Below, one piece after another: positions 28,499 to 38,516 of a stretch of DNA of 46,302 nt. Each line of letters starts with the position of its first letter. The first letter of the stretch is position 1. The DNA comes from an uncultured Alphaproteobacteria bacterium (lineage in GTDB: Bacteria > Pseudomonadota > Alphaproteobacteria > Rickettsiales > UBA1997): the NCBI GenBank assembly GCA_903879805.1, contig CAIRMX010000004.1, positions 1-46,302 on the forward strand. Direction: 5' to 3'. A program made the translations under genes and the position numbers. The notes below the pieces were generated by a model. That model did no database searches. It worked only from the letters and a program-made list of their open reading frames with translations, and was not told the origin of the DNA.

Positions 28499-28550
28499 TT
28501 TTAAAAAATTGATAACAAGAAACTGTGTAATCTCGAGCAGAGAGCGGCGC

Positions 28551-28578
28551 TTTATAGAAAGCATTTTCTCAGATTCAA
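28551..28578 (-). promoter_or_regulatory. Possible sigma70 promoter for paralog 3 and grxC
   Basis: Minus strand TTGAAT-N16-TATAAA followed by GC-rich GCGCCGC. Confidence 0.35.
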
Positions 28579-29159
28579 TAGCTCACTGACCTGCCTTGTG
28601 GCACCTGCGGCTCGATATTATTACGATAAGTTGGCGGCACATAAAATTGATCTCCATCATAACGAGGAGCCTGAGCTGAAGGTGGAATAGCATAAGGATT
28701 GGTATAATAACGCGATCCTCCAACATCAACCGGCGCTGCCTGTTGTGGTGGATAGTACACTGGCACCCCTACAGGCGCTGGTGGTTGCGGATAAGGTTGT
28801 GCAACATAAGTCTGTTGAGGAGCCGCAGAATAAGTAGGCTGAGGCACTATTGCAGCTGGAGGAAAAGCTTGGGGCTGATATGCTTGAGGAGCTTGCGGCT
28901 GTATGTAAGGCGATGGTGCTGCGTAAGTGGGCTGACGATAATAATAATCCGGCGCTACTCTTGTGGTTGCGGTATTTGGATCTCTAATTTGTGGCGATGC
29001 GCCAACATCAAATCCAGTTTTGTCGTAGAGATAAGTATCGCCATCATCAACGGCGCAAGAAGCGTTTAAAAATAAACAAACAGCAACAAGGGTTAACACA
29101 AGTAAATCTCTAAAATTTACTGCTCGGACCGAAGGAGTTGTTATTATCTTGTTCAACAT
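28575..29159 (-). CDS. Q/P/Y/A-rich lipoprotein, paralog 2 (start uncertain: ATG 29159 or GTG 29099)
   Basis: Hydrophobic stretch ending NASC; SRYYTNPY...YDGDQFYVPPTYRNNIE motif. The track's start at 29303 would overlap the upstream paralog heavily. Confidence 0.75.
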   Translation of the reverse strand: MLNKIITTPSVRAVNFRDLLVLTLVAVCLFLNASCAVDDGDTYLYDKTGFDVGASPQIRDPNTATTRVAPDYYYRQPTYAAPSPYIQPQAPQAYQPQAFPPAAIVPQPTYSAAPQQTYVAQPYPQPPAPVGVPVYYPPQQAAPVDVGGSRYYTNPYAIPPSAQAPRYDGDQFYVPPTYRNNIEPQVPQGRSVSY

Positions 29160-29424
29160 TTTTATACTGAGTTGGCGGCACGTAATATTGATCGAAATCG
29201 TAATATGGGTAATAATTTTGCGGTGGGTTGTAAGGGTTTGTGTAAGCTCTTGAATTCGGCCTAACGTAGCGATGATGATTTTGTGGATAAGGCTGGTGAG
29301 CATCCATCCTCACAGCGGGCTTGTTACCTGGTGGATAAACGTTATCTCTTTTACACGCAAAAGACAACGTTAACAAAAGTGCTAAAAAAATAAATTTCTG
29401 AATCTTTGATTTTTCTTTAGTCAT
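29110..29424 (-). CDS. P/Y/N-rich lipoprotein, paralog 1
   Basis: Basic n-region, lipobox SFAC; SRAYTNPY...YDFDQYYVPPTQYKNVE motif. Confidence 0.8.
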   Translation of the reverse strand: MTKEKSKIQKFIFLALLLTLSFACKRDNVYPPGNKPAVRMDAHQPYPQNHHRYVRPNSRAYTNPYNPPQNYYPYYDFDQYYVPPTQYKNVEQDNNNSFGPSSKF

Positions 29425-29541
29425 TAAAATTACCGCACTATTTCAAAACTTGATTAGACAGTAGCGGTAACAGCAATGAAAATCAATCAACCACTCTTAA
29501 AAGAATCAACCTCACCAACTACGTCCTAAAATGACATTTGT

Positions 29542-30624
29542 ATGACACAAAATTCTGATCAAAAATTCATCTCTTACGCTCTCAAACTAGCTAAACAAAA
29601 TCTTGGCATAACATCGCCTAATCCAGTTGTAGCCTGTGTAATCGTGAAAGATAGTGAAATTATTTCCACCGGTGTCACCGCCAAAAACGGCCGCCCTCAC
29701 GCTGAAAAAATTGCCATTGAAAAAGTTGCTGACAAAAAAATTCTCCAAGGTGCAGAACTTTACGTAACGCTTGAACCCTGCTCTCATTTCGGTCAAACCT
29801 CACCTTGTGCTGACGAAATTATTAAATTTGGTTTTAAAAAAGTCGTGATCGCAACCAGCGACATTGACGAAAGAGTCAATGGCCGCGGCATTCAAAAACT
29901 GCGCGACGCCGGAATTGACGTGACTTGCGGCATTTTAGAAAAAGAGGCGCGCGAAATTAATCGCGGCTTTTTTAAAGCGCGCCAAAGCGGCTTGCCTTTT
30001 ATCACGCTAAAACTTGCCACCAGTTTAGACGGCAAAATCGCCACTAAAACTTTCGACAGCAAATGGATCTCTTGCGAAAAATCGCGGCTTTTTTCACACC
30101 ATTTACGCTCAATTAATGACGCGATTTTGGTTGGGGCAAATACGATTCGAAAAGACGATCCTAGCCTTGATTGTCGCATTGCTGGTCTTGAAGATTTCTC
30201 ACCAAAAAGAGCAATTATTTCCAGCTCGCTTGATTTAGATTTAAGCGCTCAAATTTTTCAAAATTGCGACAAAATTCCCACCGTGATTTTAAGCAATAAA
30301 TCTTGCGACAAGTTTGAAAATTTAATTCTCTGCGCTGAAAAAAATGGTAAAGTTGATCTGCTTGACGCAATGAAAAAACTATGCGCAAGCGGCGTTAATT
30401 CTGTGTTAATTGAAGGTGGGCAAAATATTGCGACGCAATTCTTAAGAGAAAATCTGGTCGATGAATTAGTCTGGATTCGCAACTCAAAAATTATCGGCAA
30501 TGACGGAATTGCCGGAATTGGAGAGTTGGGTTTTATGAGAATTTCGGAAATATTGGATGGCTTTGTCAGGGTAAGTGCTCGTGATTCTGACAGTGACTTA
30601 ATTGAGGTTTTTGAGAAGAAATAG
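29542..30624 (+). CDS. ribD: Bifunctional riboflavin biosynthesis deaminase/reductase
   Basis: PNPVVAC, PHAE, TLEPCSH...PC, LATSLDGKI, IEGG. Confidence 0.96.
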   Translation: MTQNSDQKFISYALKLAKQNLGITSPNPVVACVIVKDSEIISTGVTAKNGRPHAEKIAIEKVADKKILQGAELYVTLEPCSHFGQTSPCADEIIKFGFKKVVIATSDIDERVNGRGIQKLRDAGIDVTCGILEKEAREINRGFFKARQSGLPFITLKLATSLDGKIATKTFDSKWISCEKSRLFSHHLRSINDAILVGANTIRKDDPSLDCRIAGLEDFSPKRAIISSSLDLDLSAQIFQNCDKIPTVILSNKSCDKFENLILCAEKNGKVDLLDAMKKLCASGVNSVLIEGGQNIATQFLRENLVDELVWIRNSKIIGNDGIAGIGELGFMRISEILDGFVRVSARDSDSDLIEVFEKK

Positions 30625-30628
30625 AAAA

Positions 30629-30684
30629 TTGGACCCTTGATTTTGCTGGTCAAAAGCCAATTTTCTACAGCTGTAGAAAATTCA
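30629..30684. repeat. 56-bp dispersed element with perfect 24-bp palindrome, copy 2
   Basis: TTGGACCCTTGATTTTGCTGGTCAAAAGCC-AATTTTCTACAGCTGTAGAAAATT-CA. Confidence 0.85.
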
Positions 30685-30692
30685 AATTTTAG

Positions 30693-31877
30693 CTAAACCA
30701 CCCGCTTCAAAACTTCCCGATAAACCTTGATTGTCTCATTACACATCTTCTCGTTCGAAAAATTCTCTTCGATATTTTTTCTACCAGCCACGCCCATTTC
30801 ATCGGCTTCTTCTTTTGGCATTTCCAAGGCCTTGTCGATTAGTTGAGCAAATTTTTCAACATCCCCCACTTCCACCAAAAATCCGGTTTTACCGTCAATT
30901 ACAGTTTCAAGTGAACCGCCAATTTTAGTGGCAATAATAATTCTGCTCGATGCTTGTGCCTCAATGGCGATGCGGCCGAAAGCCTCAGCGCGCACGCTTG
31001 GACAAACCACCAAATGCGACACTGCGTAAGCGGTTGGCATGTCTTTGCAAATGCCGCAAAGTTGCACTTTTCCGGCTAAGTTTTTTTCAACGATTTTATT
31101 TTCGATTCTTTTTCTAAATTTTTTGTGACCGTGATCCGAGCCAATCATGACGCAGAAAAAGTCATTTTTTACTTGCGACAAAGCTTCAATCAAAAACTCG
31201 TGACCCTTCCAAGCAGTGAATCGAGCCGGCATTAAGATAATTTTTTTATCATCCGGCAAATGCCATTTTTTACTCAAATCAATAATGCGACTTTTTGAAA
31301 CTTTAGCGTAATCAAAATATCCCAATTCAGCACCGCGTTGGATCGTCACGATTTTATCGGCAAGTGACGTGAGGTGATTTTTTTGATAATTTTTAATCAG
31401 ATAATCTTTGATAAATCCTGAAACAGCGATGATCTCGTCAGCCTTTAACATCAAGGCGTTGTAGATTCTTTTAAGTGGAAAGATCTTCCAGCCAAAAAGA
31501 TTTAATGAGTAAGTTCCGTGAACCGTTGCGACTAATTTTGTGTGAGTTTTTTTGCAGGCAAAATAAGCGCTCCACATTGGCGCTCTTGATCTGACGTGAA
31601 CAATATCAACGTGATATTCTGCGATAAGTTTGGCGATTTTTTTATTGTTAGAATAGATCGTCAGTGGATTTTTGCTGTGAACCGGAAGCTCGATGTGGGC
31701 AATCCCCGCCTCGCGCAATTGATAAACTAAAATACCACCTTTTGAAACTACGATCGGTTCAAAGTCAGATTTTTTTAACGCCTTAGCAATATCAATTACA
31801 CCGCGCTCTACTCCGCCGCTTTGCAAGCCCGGCAGAATCTGCATCACTACAGGTTTTTTCTCTTGGGAAATTTCCAT
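30693..31877 (-). CDS. GT4-family glycosyltransferase
   Basis: GGVERG, HVRSRAP, R...WKGH, EAFGRIAIEAQA. Confidence 0.92.
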   Translation of the reverse strand: MEISQEKKPVVMQILPGLQSGGVERGVIDIAKALKKSDFEPIVVSKGGILVYQLREAGIAHIELPVHSKNPLTIYSNNKKIAKLIAEYHVDIVHVRSRAPMWSAYFACKKTHTKLVATVHGTYSLNLFGWKIFPLKRIYNALMLKADEIIAVSGFIKDYLIKNYQKNHLTSLADKIVTIQRGAELGYFDYAKVSKSRIIDLSKKWHLPDDKKIILMPARFTAWKGHEFLIEALSQVKNDFFCVMIGSDHGHKKFRKRIENKIVEKNLAGKVQLCGICKDMPTAYAVSHLVVCPSVRAEAFGRIAIEAQASSRIIIATKIGGSLETVIDGKTGFLVEVGDVEKFAQLIDKALEMPKEEADEMGVAGRKNIEENFSNEKMCNETIKVYREVLKRVV

Positions 31878-31878
31878 T

Positions 31879-33150
31879 TTAATTAACTATGATTGTTTCT
31901 TCGCGCTTAGGGCCAGTTGAGATAATTGAGGCCTTGATGCCGCATAAATCTTCGATTCTTTTGATGTAGTTTAGAGCTTTTTGTGGCAAGTCGCTTAAAT
32001 GTTTTGAACCCACCGTGCTTTGCTGCCAGCCTTCCATTTCTTCGTAAATCGGCTCAATTTGATTCCACAAATGATTGGCTTGCGGCAAGTAATCGTAAGT
32101 TTTGCCACCAATTTTGTAACCAACACAAATTTTGATTTTTTCTAATTTGTCGAGCACATCCAATTTGGTTAAAGCCACTTCTTTCACTGAAGAAAGTTGA
32201 ATTGCTTGGCGCACCAAAACGGCGTCAAACCAACCGCAACGTCTGTCGCGACCAGTAACGGTGCCGATTTCTTTACCTTCAATGCGTAAGAAGTTGCCGA
32301 TTTCACATTCAAGTTCAGTTGGGAAAGGACCCGATCCCACGCGAGTTGTGTAAGCTTTTAAAATGCCGATTGTCTTGTGCAAATCAGCAACGCCCATGCA
32401 AGAACCAAGAGCAATTTGTCCGGCCATTGTATTGCTTGAAGTAACGAATGGGAAGGTTCCGTAAGTCACGTCAAGCAAAGCGCCTTGCGCGCCCTCAAAC
32501 ATTACGGCTTTAAATGCAGAAAGCTTTTTGGCAATTTCAAAAGCCGGTTTGGCGTGAGAAAGTAGGCGCTCGCGAACTGGCGCCAATTCAGCAATAATTT
32601 GCTCACTGGTGACAATTTCAGCACCCAAACTTTGGCGCAAAAGATTGTGGTAAAAGAGTAAATTTTCTAAACGTTCAGCTAAAACTTTTTCATCCATCAA
32701 ATCGCAAATTCTAACTGCTCTACGCCCTGCTCTGTCTTCATAAGCTGGGCCAATGCCGCGTCCTGTGGTACCGATTTTTTTCTCGCCTTTTTTGCCTTCC
32801 AAAAGTTGGTCAAGATCGCGATGCACCGACAAAATCAAGCAAGCATTTTCGGCAATCGCCAAACTGTCTGCGGCAATTTTAATGCCCGCTTCTTCAATTT
32901 TTTGAATCTCAGCAAAAAGCGCGATTGGATCAACCACCACGCCGCTGCCAATTACTGAAAATTTACCGCGAATACTGCCTGATGGCAGCAAGCTCAATTT
33001 GTAAGTTTTATCCCCAACTTTAATAGTGTGGCCAGCGTTGTGACCACCCTGAAAACGCACGACGGCGTCAAATTTATCTGCTAAGAAATCAACGATTTTA
33101 CCTTTTCCCTCATCGCCCCATTGTAGGCCGATTATTGCTGTGTTGGTCAT
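31879..33150 (-). CDS. purA: Adenylosuccinate synthetase
   Basis: QWGDEGKGK, GGHNAGH, GTTGRGIGPAY, EGAQG, TKLDVL. Confidence 0.98.
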   Translation of the reverse strand: MTNTAIIGLQWGDEGKGKIVDFLADKFDAVVRFQGGHNAGHTIKVGDKTYKLSLLPSGSIRGKFSVIGSGVVVDPIALFAEIQKIEEAGIKIAADSLAIAENACLILSVHRDLDQLLEGKKGEKKIGTTGRGIGPAYEDRAGRRAVRICDLMDEKVLAERLENLLFYHNLLRQSLGAEIVTSEQIIAELAPVRERLLSHAKPAFEIAKKLSAFKAVMFEGAQGALLDVTYGTFPFVTSSNTMAGQIALGSCMGVADLHKTIGILKAYTTRVGSGPFPTELECEIGNFLRIEGKEIGTVTGRDRRCGWFDAVLVRQAIQLSSVKEVALTKLDVLDKLEKIKICVGYKIGGKTYDYLPQANHLWNQIEPIYEEMEGWQQSTVGSKHLSDLPQKALNYIKRIEDLCGIKASIISTGPKREETIIVN

Positions 33151-33151
33151 T

Positions 33152-33379
33152 TTATTTTTCTTCCTTCATTTGATTTTTTAGGACCAAGATCACCGAATTA
33201 TTGCCGCTTCTTTTTTCAATCGTAAAAAATTTACTGCAATAAGGACAAGTCACTGAATCCTTGTTGCCCATGTTTAGGTAAACCAAAGGATGAGTTCCTG
33301 CGCCATCACAAGAAACTTTTTTTGAATCAACATGCAGCGTTTCAAGCGGACTGTTTTTAGAATTAATTTGAGGATTCAT
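33152..33379 (-). CDS. zf-CHCC zinc-finger protein (NDUFS6-like)
   Basis: VSCDG...HPLVYL...CPYC; ATG 33379 (MNPQ) preferred. Confidence 0.85.
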   Translation of the reverse strand: MNPQINSKNSPLETLHVDSKKVSCDGAGTHPLVYLNMGNKDSVTCPYCSKFFTIEKRSGNNSVILVLKNQMKEEK

Positions 33380-33480
33380 TTTTAAAAATTGAGAGATTAG
33401 AAATTGCGGCATTAGCAGATCTGTGAGCCACGCCAAGTTATTTTCCGCAATCGAGTTTTTCAATCTAAGTTTTACACAAA

Positions 33481-35268
33481 ATGAAAAAGATTTTTACCCT
33501 AATTTTTGCAGTCTTTTTTTTGCATTTTGAAGCCGCCTTTTCTGCCAGCAGCGATTGGCATGAAACTAAAAGCAATGGCGCCAAAGCAAGGTTGATCGCC
33601 AGTTTTTACAAAGATGCTTCCGGCACAAAAAAATTAATCGCCGGCATTCATTTTAAACTTGGCGATGGCTGGAAGATTTACGGCAACGACGCCGGCGGCA
33701 TCGGCATGCCTCCAAGCCTTGATTTCTCTACTTCAAAAAACTTTGCCAAAGACAATATTATTTGGCCAAAAGCCGAAGCCGGCGAAGAAAAAATTGGCGA
33801 CGAGACCATCAAATTCGCCTTTTACAAAAATGAAGTTGTCCTGCCAATTGAAGTTGAATTACAAGATTTATCGCAAGCCACCGAACTTACAGTTAAGCTG
33901 GATTACGGCTTGTGCAAAGATGTTTGCATCCCTGTGAGCGAAAATTTCACATTGAAAGTTTCTGATGAAATTGACCAAGAATCTTTGGCAGAAATTCAAA
34001 AATTTTTAGAGAAAGAAATCACCGCAACAAAAGAAGTCGTCACCCAAACTAAACCAAAAGCCAAGCCTATGTTCACCTTGCTTTACGCCATTTTGCTAGC
34101 AATTTTCGGCGGAGCAATTTTAAACATCATGCCTTGCGTTTTGCCGGTTTTATCAATCAAGCTGATCTCGGTAATTAAACATTCGGAAGCGCCAATTGCA
34201 GGAATTCGCTTCGCTTTTCTCGCAACAATTTGCGGCATTTTATCCTGCTTTTTTGCCTTCGCTATTCTTGCCACAATCATCAAATTTACCGGCAATTCTC
34301 TAGGCTGGGGACTGCAATTTCAAAATCCTTATTTCCTAATTTCTCTAATTGTTATTTTGGTGCTTTTTTTAGGCAATCTGCTCGGATTTTTCGAAATTAA
34401 TTTTAATCAATTTCTATCAACAATTCTGAATAAAAAAATCACCGAAGGCGAAGACAAGAAAAATATTTTTATCCCCAATTTTCTCTCTGGAGTTTTGGCG
34501 GTAATGCTTGCCACTCCTTGTTCGGCACCATTTTTAGGATCAGCAATTTCTTTCGCCCTCACCCAAAATTTTGTAGTTATTTTTCTGATCTTCCTCTTCA
34601 TCGGCTTTGGTTTTTCTTTGCCTTACATCATCTTAATCGTCTCACCAAAACTAGTTTATCTGCTTCCAAAACCCGGTAACTGGATGGTGCAAATCAAACA
34701 AATGCTCGCCGGACTTTTGGCCGCAACCATCATTTGGTTGGTTTACGTTCTCTCTCACATCATCGGTTCTTTTCCGGCATTTTTGGCGGGAGCGCTTGCA
34801 ATAACCTTGCTTGCCGCCATCAAAATCAAATCCGAGTTTTTAAAATATACGACAATTGCAATCATCGCCGCGTGCACTTTGGCTTTGCCGTCAAATCTGC
34901 AACATCGCCAGCAAATGCAGGAAGAATTCTGGAACAATTTTAATGAAGCCGAAATTTATCAACATGTGGCGCGCGGCGAGGTTGTGGTAGTTGACATCAC
35001 CGCTGATTGGTGCTTGAGCTGCAAATTCAATAAAATCAGAGTTTTGCAAAATAAAGAGGTGGTGGAGAAATTAAAAGGTGGCACCATTATTGCCATGCGC
35101 GGCGACATCACCAAGCCCCAAGAAGAAATCATGAATTACCTGCACAAGAATAATCGCTTTGCCATTCCTTTTAACGCGGTTTACGGGCCACACGCTCAGC
35201 AGGGTTTACTTGCCAGCGAACTTCTTACTAAAAAAGAGCTTTTTGAATTAATCGAAAAAGCTAAATAA
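33481..35268 (+). CDS. dsbD: Protein-disulfide reductase, DsbD/ScsB family
   Basis: Signal peptide, GWKIY and CxxxC in the N-domain, LNIMPCVLP and ATPCSAP TM cysteines, TADWCLSC thioredoxin domain. Confidence 0.88.
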   Translation: MKKIFTLIFAVFFLHFEAAFSASSDWHETKSNGAKARLIASFYKDASGTKKLIAGIHFKLGDGWKIYGNDAGGIGMPPSLDFSTSKNFAKDNIIWPKAEAGEEKIGDETIKFAFYKNEVVLPIEVELQDLSQATELTVKLDYGLCKDVCIPVSENFTLKVSDEIDQESLAEIQKFLEKEITATKEVVTQTKPKAKPMFTLLYAILLAIFGGAILNIMPCVLPVLSIKLISVIKHSEAPIAGIRFAFLATICGILSCFFAFAILATIIKFTGNSLGWGLQFQNPYFLISLIVILVLFLGNLLGFFEINFNQFLSTILNKKITEGEDKKNIFIPNFLSGVLAVMLATPCSAPFLGSAISFALTQNFVVIFLIFLFIGFGFSLPYIILIVSPKLVYLLPKPGNWMVQIKQMLAGLLAATIIWLVYVLSHIIGSFPAFLAGALAITLLAAIKIKSEFLKYTTIAIIAACTLALPSNLQHRQQMQEEFWNNFNEAEIYQHVARGEVVVVDITADWCLSCKFNKIRVLQNKEVVEKLKGGTIIAMRGDITKPQEEIMNYLHKNNRFAIPFNAVYGPHAQQGLLASELLTKKELFELIEKAK

Positions 35269-35280
35269 ATTTATCAACAC

Positions 35281-36744
35281 ATGTCAGAACTTACAAAATT
35301 AACCATCCGCCAAACTCTTGACGGCTTAAAAAATAAGAAATTTTCAAGCACGGAAGTCACTTCAGCCTACATTAAAAATATCGAGCAAAACCGCCATTTA
35401 AACGCCTTCATCACTGAGTCATTTGACGTGGCGATGACAAGTGCCAAAAAATCTGACGAGAATATTGCCGCCGGAAAAATCGGTGATTTGGAAGGAATTC
35501 CACTCGGCATTAAAGATCTTTTCTGCACCAAAAATATCCGCACTACTTCTGCTTCAAAAATGTTGGAAAATTTTGTTCCATCTTACGAATCAACAGTTTC
35601 ACAAAAACTTCTCGACGCAGGCTCAGTAACTCTCGGCAAACTAAACATGGATGAATTCGCCATGGGTTCTGCAACCACCAACAGCTATTTTGGGCCGGTA
35701 ATTAATCCTTACAAAAAGAAAGGCTCTGACGAAAACTTAGTTCCCGGTGGTAGCTCTGGCGGCTCTTCGGCAGCAGTTGCAGCTAATTTATGTTTGGGTG
35801 CGACAGGTTCTGACACGGGAGGCTCGATCAGACAGCCCGCCTCTTTCACTAATACTGTCGGCATTAAACCAACTTACGGACGTTGCTCTCGCTACGGCAT
35901 GATTGCTTTTGCCAGCTCACTTGACCAAGCCGGAATTTTTGCCAAAGACGTTTACGACGCTGCACTTTTGCAACGTGTGATTTCTGGTTTTGACGCCAAA
36001 GATTCAACCTCGGTAAATATCGCCGTGCCACAATTTGAAGCGCTGCTTAACTCAAATGTGCGTGGCAAAAAAATTGGTATTCCTAAAGAATATTTTGCTG
36101 ACGGCATGTCAGAAGAAATCGTGCAATTGTGGAATCGCGGCAAAGAAATTTTGCAAAAACGTGGCGCCGAAATTATCGAAATTTCTTTGCCTCACACTAA
36201 ATATGCCGCAGCAGTTTATTACGTTTTGGCATCTGCCGAATGTTCGTCAAATCTAGCGCGCTTCGATGGTGTGCGTTACGGATTTAGAACTGAAGGCAGC
36301 AATTTATCTCTTGAAGAAATGTATGAAAAAACCCGCGCTCAAGGTTTTGGCGCTGAGGTAAAAAGAAGAATCCTTACCGGAACTTACGTGCTTTCTGCCG
36401 GCTATTTTGACGCTTATTACAAAAAAGCTCAAAGAGTGCGCAACCTTGTATTACAAGACTTCACTGAAGCTTTCAAACGCGTTGATGTGATTCTAACCCC
36501 AACAACTCCAAGCGCGGCATTTTCAATTGATGAATCGAAAAAAGTTGGCAGTTCTGATCCGGTAAAAATGTATTTAAATGACGTTTTCACAATTCCGGTG
36601 AACTTGGCTGGATTGCCTGCAATGTCGGTTCCTGCCGGCTTTGACAAGGATGGTTTACCTTTGGGATTGCAGTTAATTTCTAAGCATTTCGACGAGCAAT
36701 CGCTGTTTGACGTGGCTTTGGCGATTGAAGAAGACAGTAAATAA
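35281..36744 (+). CDS. gatA: Asp/Glu-tRNA amidotransferase subunit A
   Basis: [54 protein letters not shown]. Confidence 0.98.
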   Translation: MSELTKLTIRQTLDGLKNKKFSSTEVTSAYIKNIEQNRHLNAFITESFDVAMTSAKKSDENIAAGKIGDLEGIPLGIKDLFCTKNIRTTSASKMLENFVPSYESTVSQKLLDAGSVTLGKLNMDEFAMGSATTNSYFGPVINPYKKKGSDENLVPGGSSGGSSAAVAANLCLGATGSDTGGSIRQPASFTNTVGIKPTYGRCSRYGMIAFASSLDQAGIFAKDVYDAALLQRVISGFDAKDSTSVNIAVPQFEALLNSNVRGKKIGIPKEYFADGMSEEIVQLWNRGKEILQKRGAEIIEISLPHTKYAAAVYYVLASAECSSNLARFDGVRYGFRTEGSNLSLEEMYEKTRAQGFGAEVKRRILTGTYVLSAGYFDAYYKKAQRVRNLVLQDFTEAFKRVDVILTPTTPSAAFSIDESKKVGSSDPVKMYLNDVFTIPVNLAGLPAMSVPAGFDKDGLPLGLQLISKHFDEQSLFDVALAIEEDSK

Positions 36745-37677
36745 TTATCTGCTCTTTTGCTCTTGTTCTGCTTGCAGAGCCGGAGCCGTAATTTTTGGTG
36801 AAAATGACGGGGTATTTAGAAATGCTTGGGACGAGTCTAACATTCTATGAAAAATATTACTGGTCATTTTATAAACTCCTTCGCTGCCTTGGGTATAAAT
36901 GCGATTATCTTTTTGCATCTGGTAAAAACCTTCAATTCTTGACGCCTCAATAGCACTAGTCGCAGCTCTAATGTCTTGCTCATGAATTTCTTGCATACTC
37001 TTGTCATAACTATCTGGTGAAGAGTCCAAAACCTCACATACTTGAGATGAAATCATCTCAGCTGTGTGAACATTCGATTCCTCAAGCTCATTGTTAAAAT
37101 TTTCTCCGCAAGTCGAAGCGAGATTTACAGCATGAGCAGCGCCAACTAACAATATTACTAACTTTGGTGCTTCATTTGACGAAACCATCAACCTAACATT
37201 CTTAACCATTTCAGCTATTCGCAACTTCTCATACTCTTGCGCTTTTTCTTCTAATCTTTCGTGATAATGCTCATCTTCCTCAATACTGGAACATATTTCC
37301 GTCATAAGTTCCGGAGAATCTAGCTGACAATAGCGCATATTATTTTCTTCGCAAAATTGCATCATCGCTCCAGTCGCAACTGTATCCAAGATAAGTGAAA
37401 TATCGTGACAATTCTTACCACCATCGCGCTCTACATAAGCATTCATCACGCGGCCTTGGATCAAATCCACTTTTCCCTCACGCAATTCTTGGATGACGCT
37501 TTCGAAAGTTTCCCTATCTTCTTCGTGGGCTGTTTTCTCAAAACCAAAAACCACATTTTCTCGATCAACCACTCCATGTTTTATGGCTTTTTGCAACTCT
37601 TGCATCATGGCATAGCGACTAGCAATGTCGTCATGCGTGATCCCCACTACTAAAAAAGAGAGTTTTTGCTTACCCAT
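36745..37677 (-). CDS. Hypothetical acidic protein, probable EreA/ChaN/TraB-TIKI-like fold; candidate secreted effector
   Basis: Spaced motifs LVVGITH, VFGFE, R...MV..V and LLVGAAH; no signal peptide; PSxSP...Q-rich tail ending SR. Confidence 0.55.
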   Translation of the reverse strand: MGKQKLSFLVVGITHDDIASRYAMMQELQKAIKHGVVDRENVVFGFEKTAHEEDRETFESVIQELREGKVDLIQGRVMNAYVERDGGKNCHDISLILDTVATGAMMQFCEENNMRYCQLDSPELMTEICSSIEEDEHYHERLEEKAQEYEKLRIAEMVKNVRLMVSSNEAPKLVILLVGAAHAVNLASTCGENFNNELEESNVHTAEMISSQVCEVLDSSPDSYDKSMQEIHEQDIRAATSAIEASRIEGFYQMQKDNRIYTQGSEGVYKMTSNIFHRMLDSSQAFLNTPSFSPKITAPALQAEQEQKSR

Positions 37678-37688
37678 AACTAAACCTC

Positions 37689-38516
37689 TTAATCCAACGG
37701 ATTATTATTCATCAATTTAGTGGCATCGATCTCTTCTCGCATGCCGTCCTCACGTTTTTCTTTTTTGTCAAAAACTTTTCTCATTTCTTCTAACTGTCTT
37801 TGGGTTGGATCAAATTCAATAGTGCAACGTGGAGAAACCGCAAACTCACCGCTATCAACCAAAGCGGGGCGATGAATGCCAAAGCTGTAAAAACCGTAAG
37901 TTGAAGATTGGAAGATTTTGCCTTTGTAAGAAAATAAATAGCAGTCATAGCTAGTGTCGTAAGCAGTGTTATAGCCTCTTGAAACTATGCTTGGAACAAT
38001 ATCGCCAACATAACAAAACCACGCATCAGTGCCGATTGTTCCTTCAATTTCAGAGGTTTTGTCGCTTGATCTGTAGCGCAAAATTTCTTCGCTGCTGCCA
38101 TCCTTATCAAGATCAAGTACGGTTTTTTGCATTAGAATTTTCGCCTCGTCACGATGGTCTTGGTTAAATTGCTTAATCGCATTAAGCCTTTCGCTAGGTG
38201 CCATGTATTTTGCCGCATCTTCGGAGGGCACATCTTCCTAAGTTAAAAATTGAAAATTGGTGTTTTTTTCAGGAATGACAAATTCAGCGTTACGCAGTCT
38301 CGGATTTGCAAAATTCTTATTTTCCGGCCCATTAACAATACGCACCACCTCCTCGCAAAGCTGGCGTTCATTGTCTCGAATGTAATCCGCTTCTTTTGAG
38401 ATGTGGAATTTAGAAGTATTAACTTTTGCCTTAGTTTTTGCTTCAGCCTTAAAACCTACGCCCACCATCAAAAAAGCCGCAAATAGAGCCAGAAATTTTC
38501 TTAAAGATTTTGTCAT
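37689..38516 (-). pseudogene. Secreted hypothetical protein interrupted by one in-frame TAG at 38238-38240
   Basis: Track ORFs 38238..38537 and 37689..38231 share a frame (...FLT-TAG-GAA-GAT-GTG...); signal peptide ending AEA from ATG 38516; DLDKDG motif downstream. Confidence 0.7.

Noticed and set aside
29160-29303. Long N-terminal extension of lipoprotein paralog 2
   Set aside because: Alternative frame of paralog 1; it would bury the signal peptide.
29430-29470. TTACCGC...GCGGTAA inverted repeat upstream of ribD; possible FMN riboswitch or operator
   Set aside because: Only 7-bp arms with a long spacer; no RFN consensus.
30258-30653. 131-aa minus-strand ORF
   Set aside because: Antisense to ribD and starts inside the repeat.
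38238-38240. Pyrrolysine or genome-wide TAG recoding
   Set aside because: TAG terminates conserved genes at expected positions elsewhere (rlmD-like, ftsH, ribD); no pyl genes seen.
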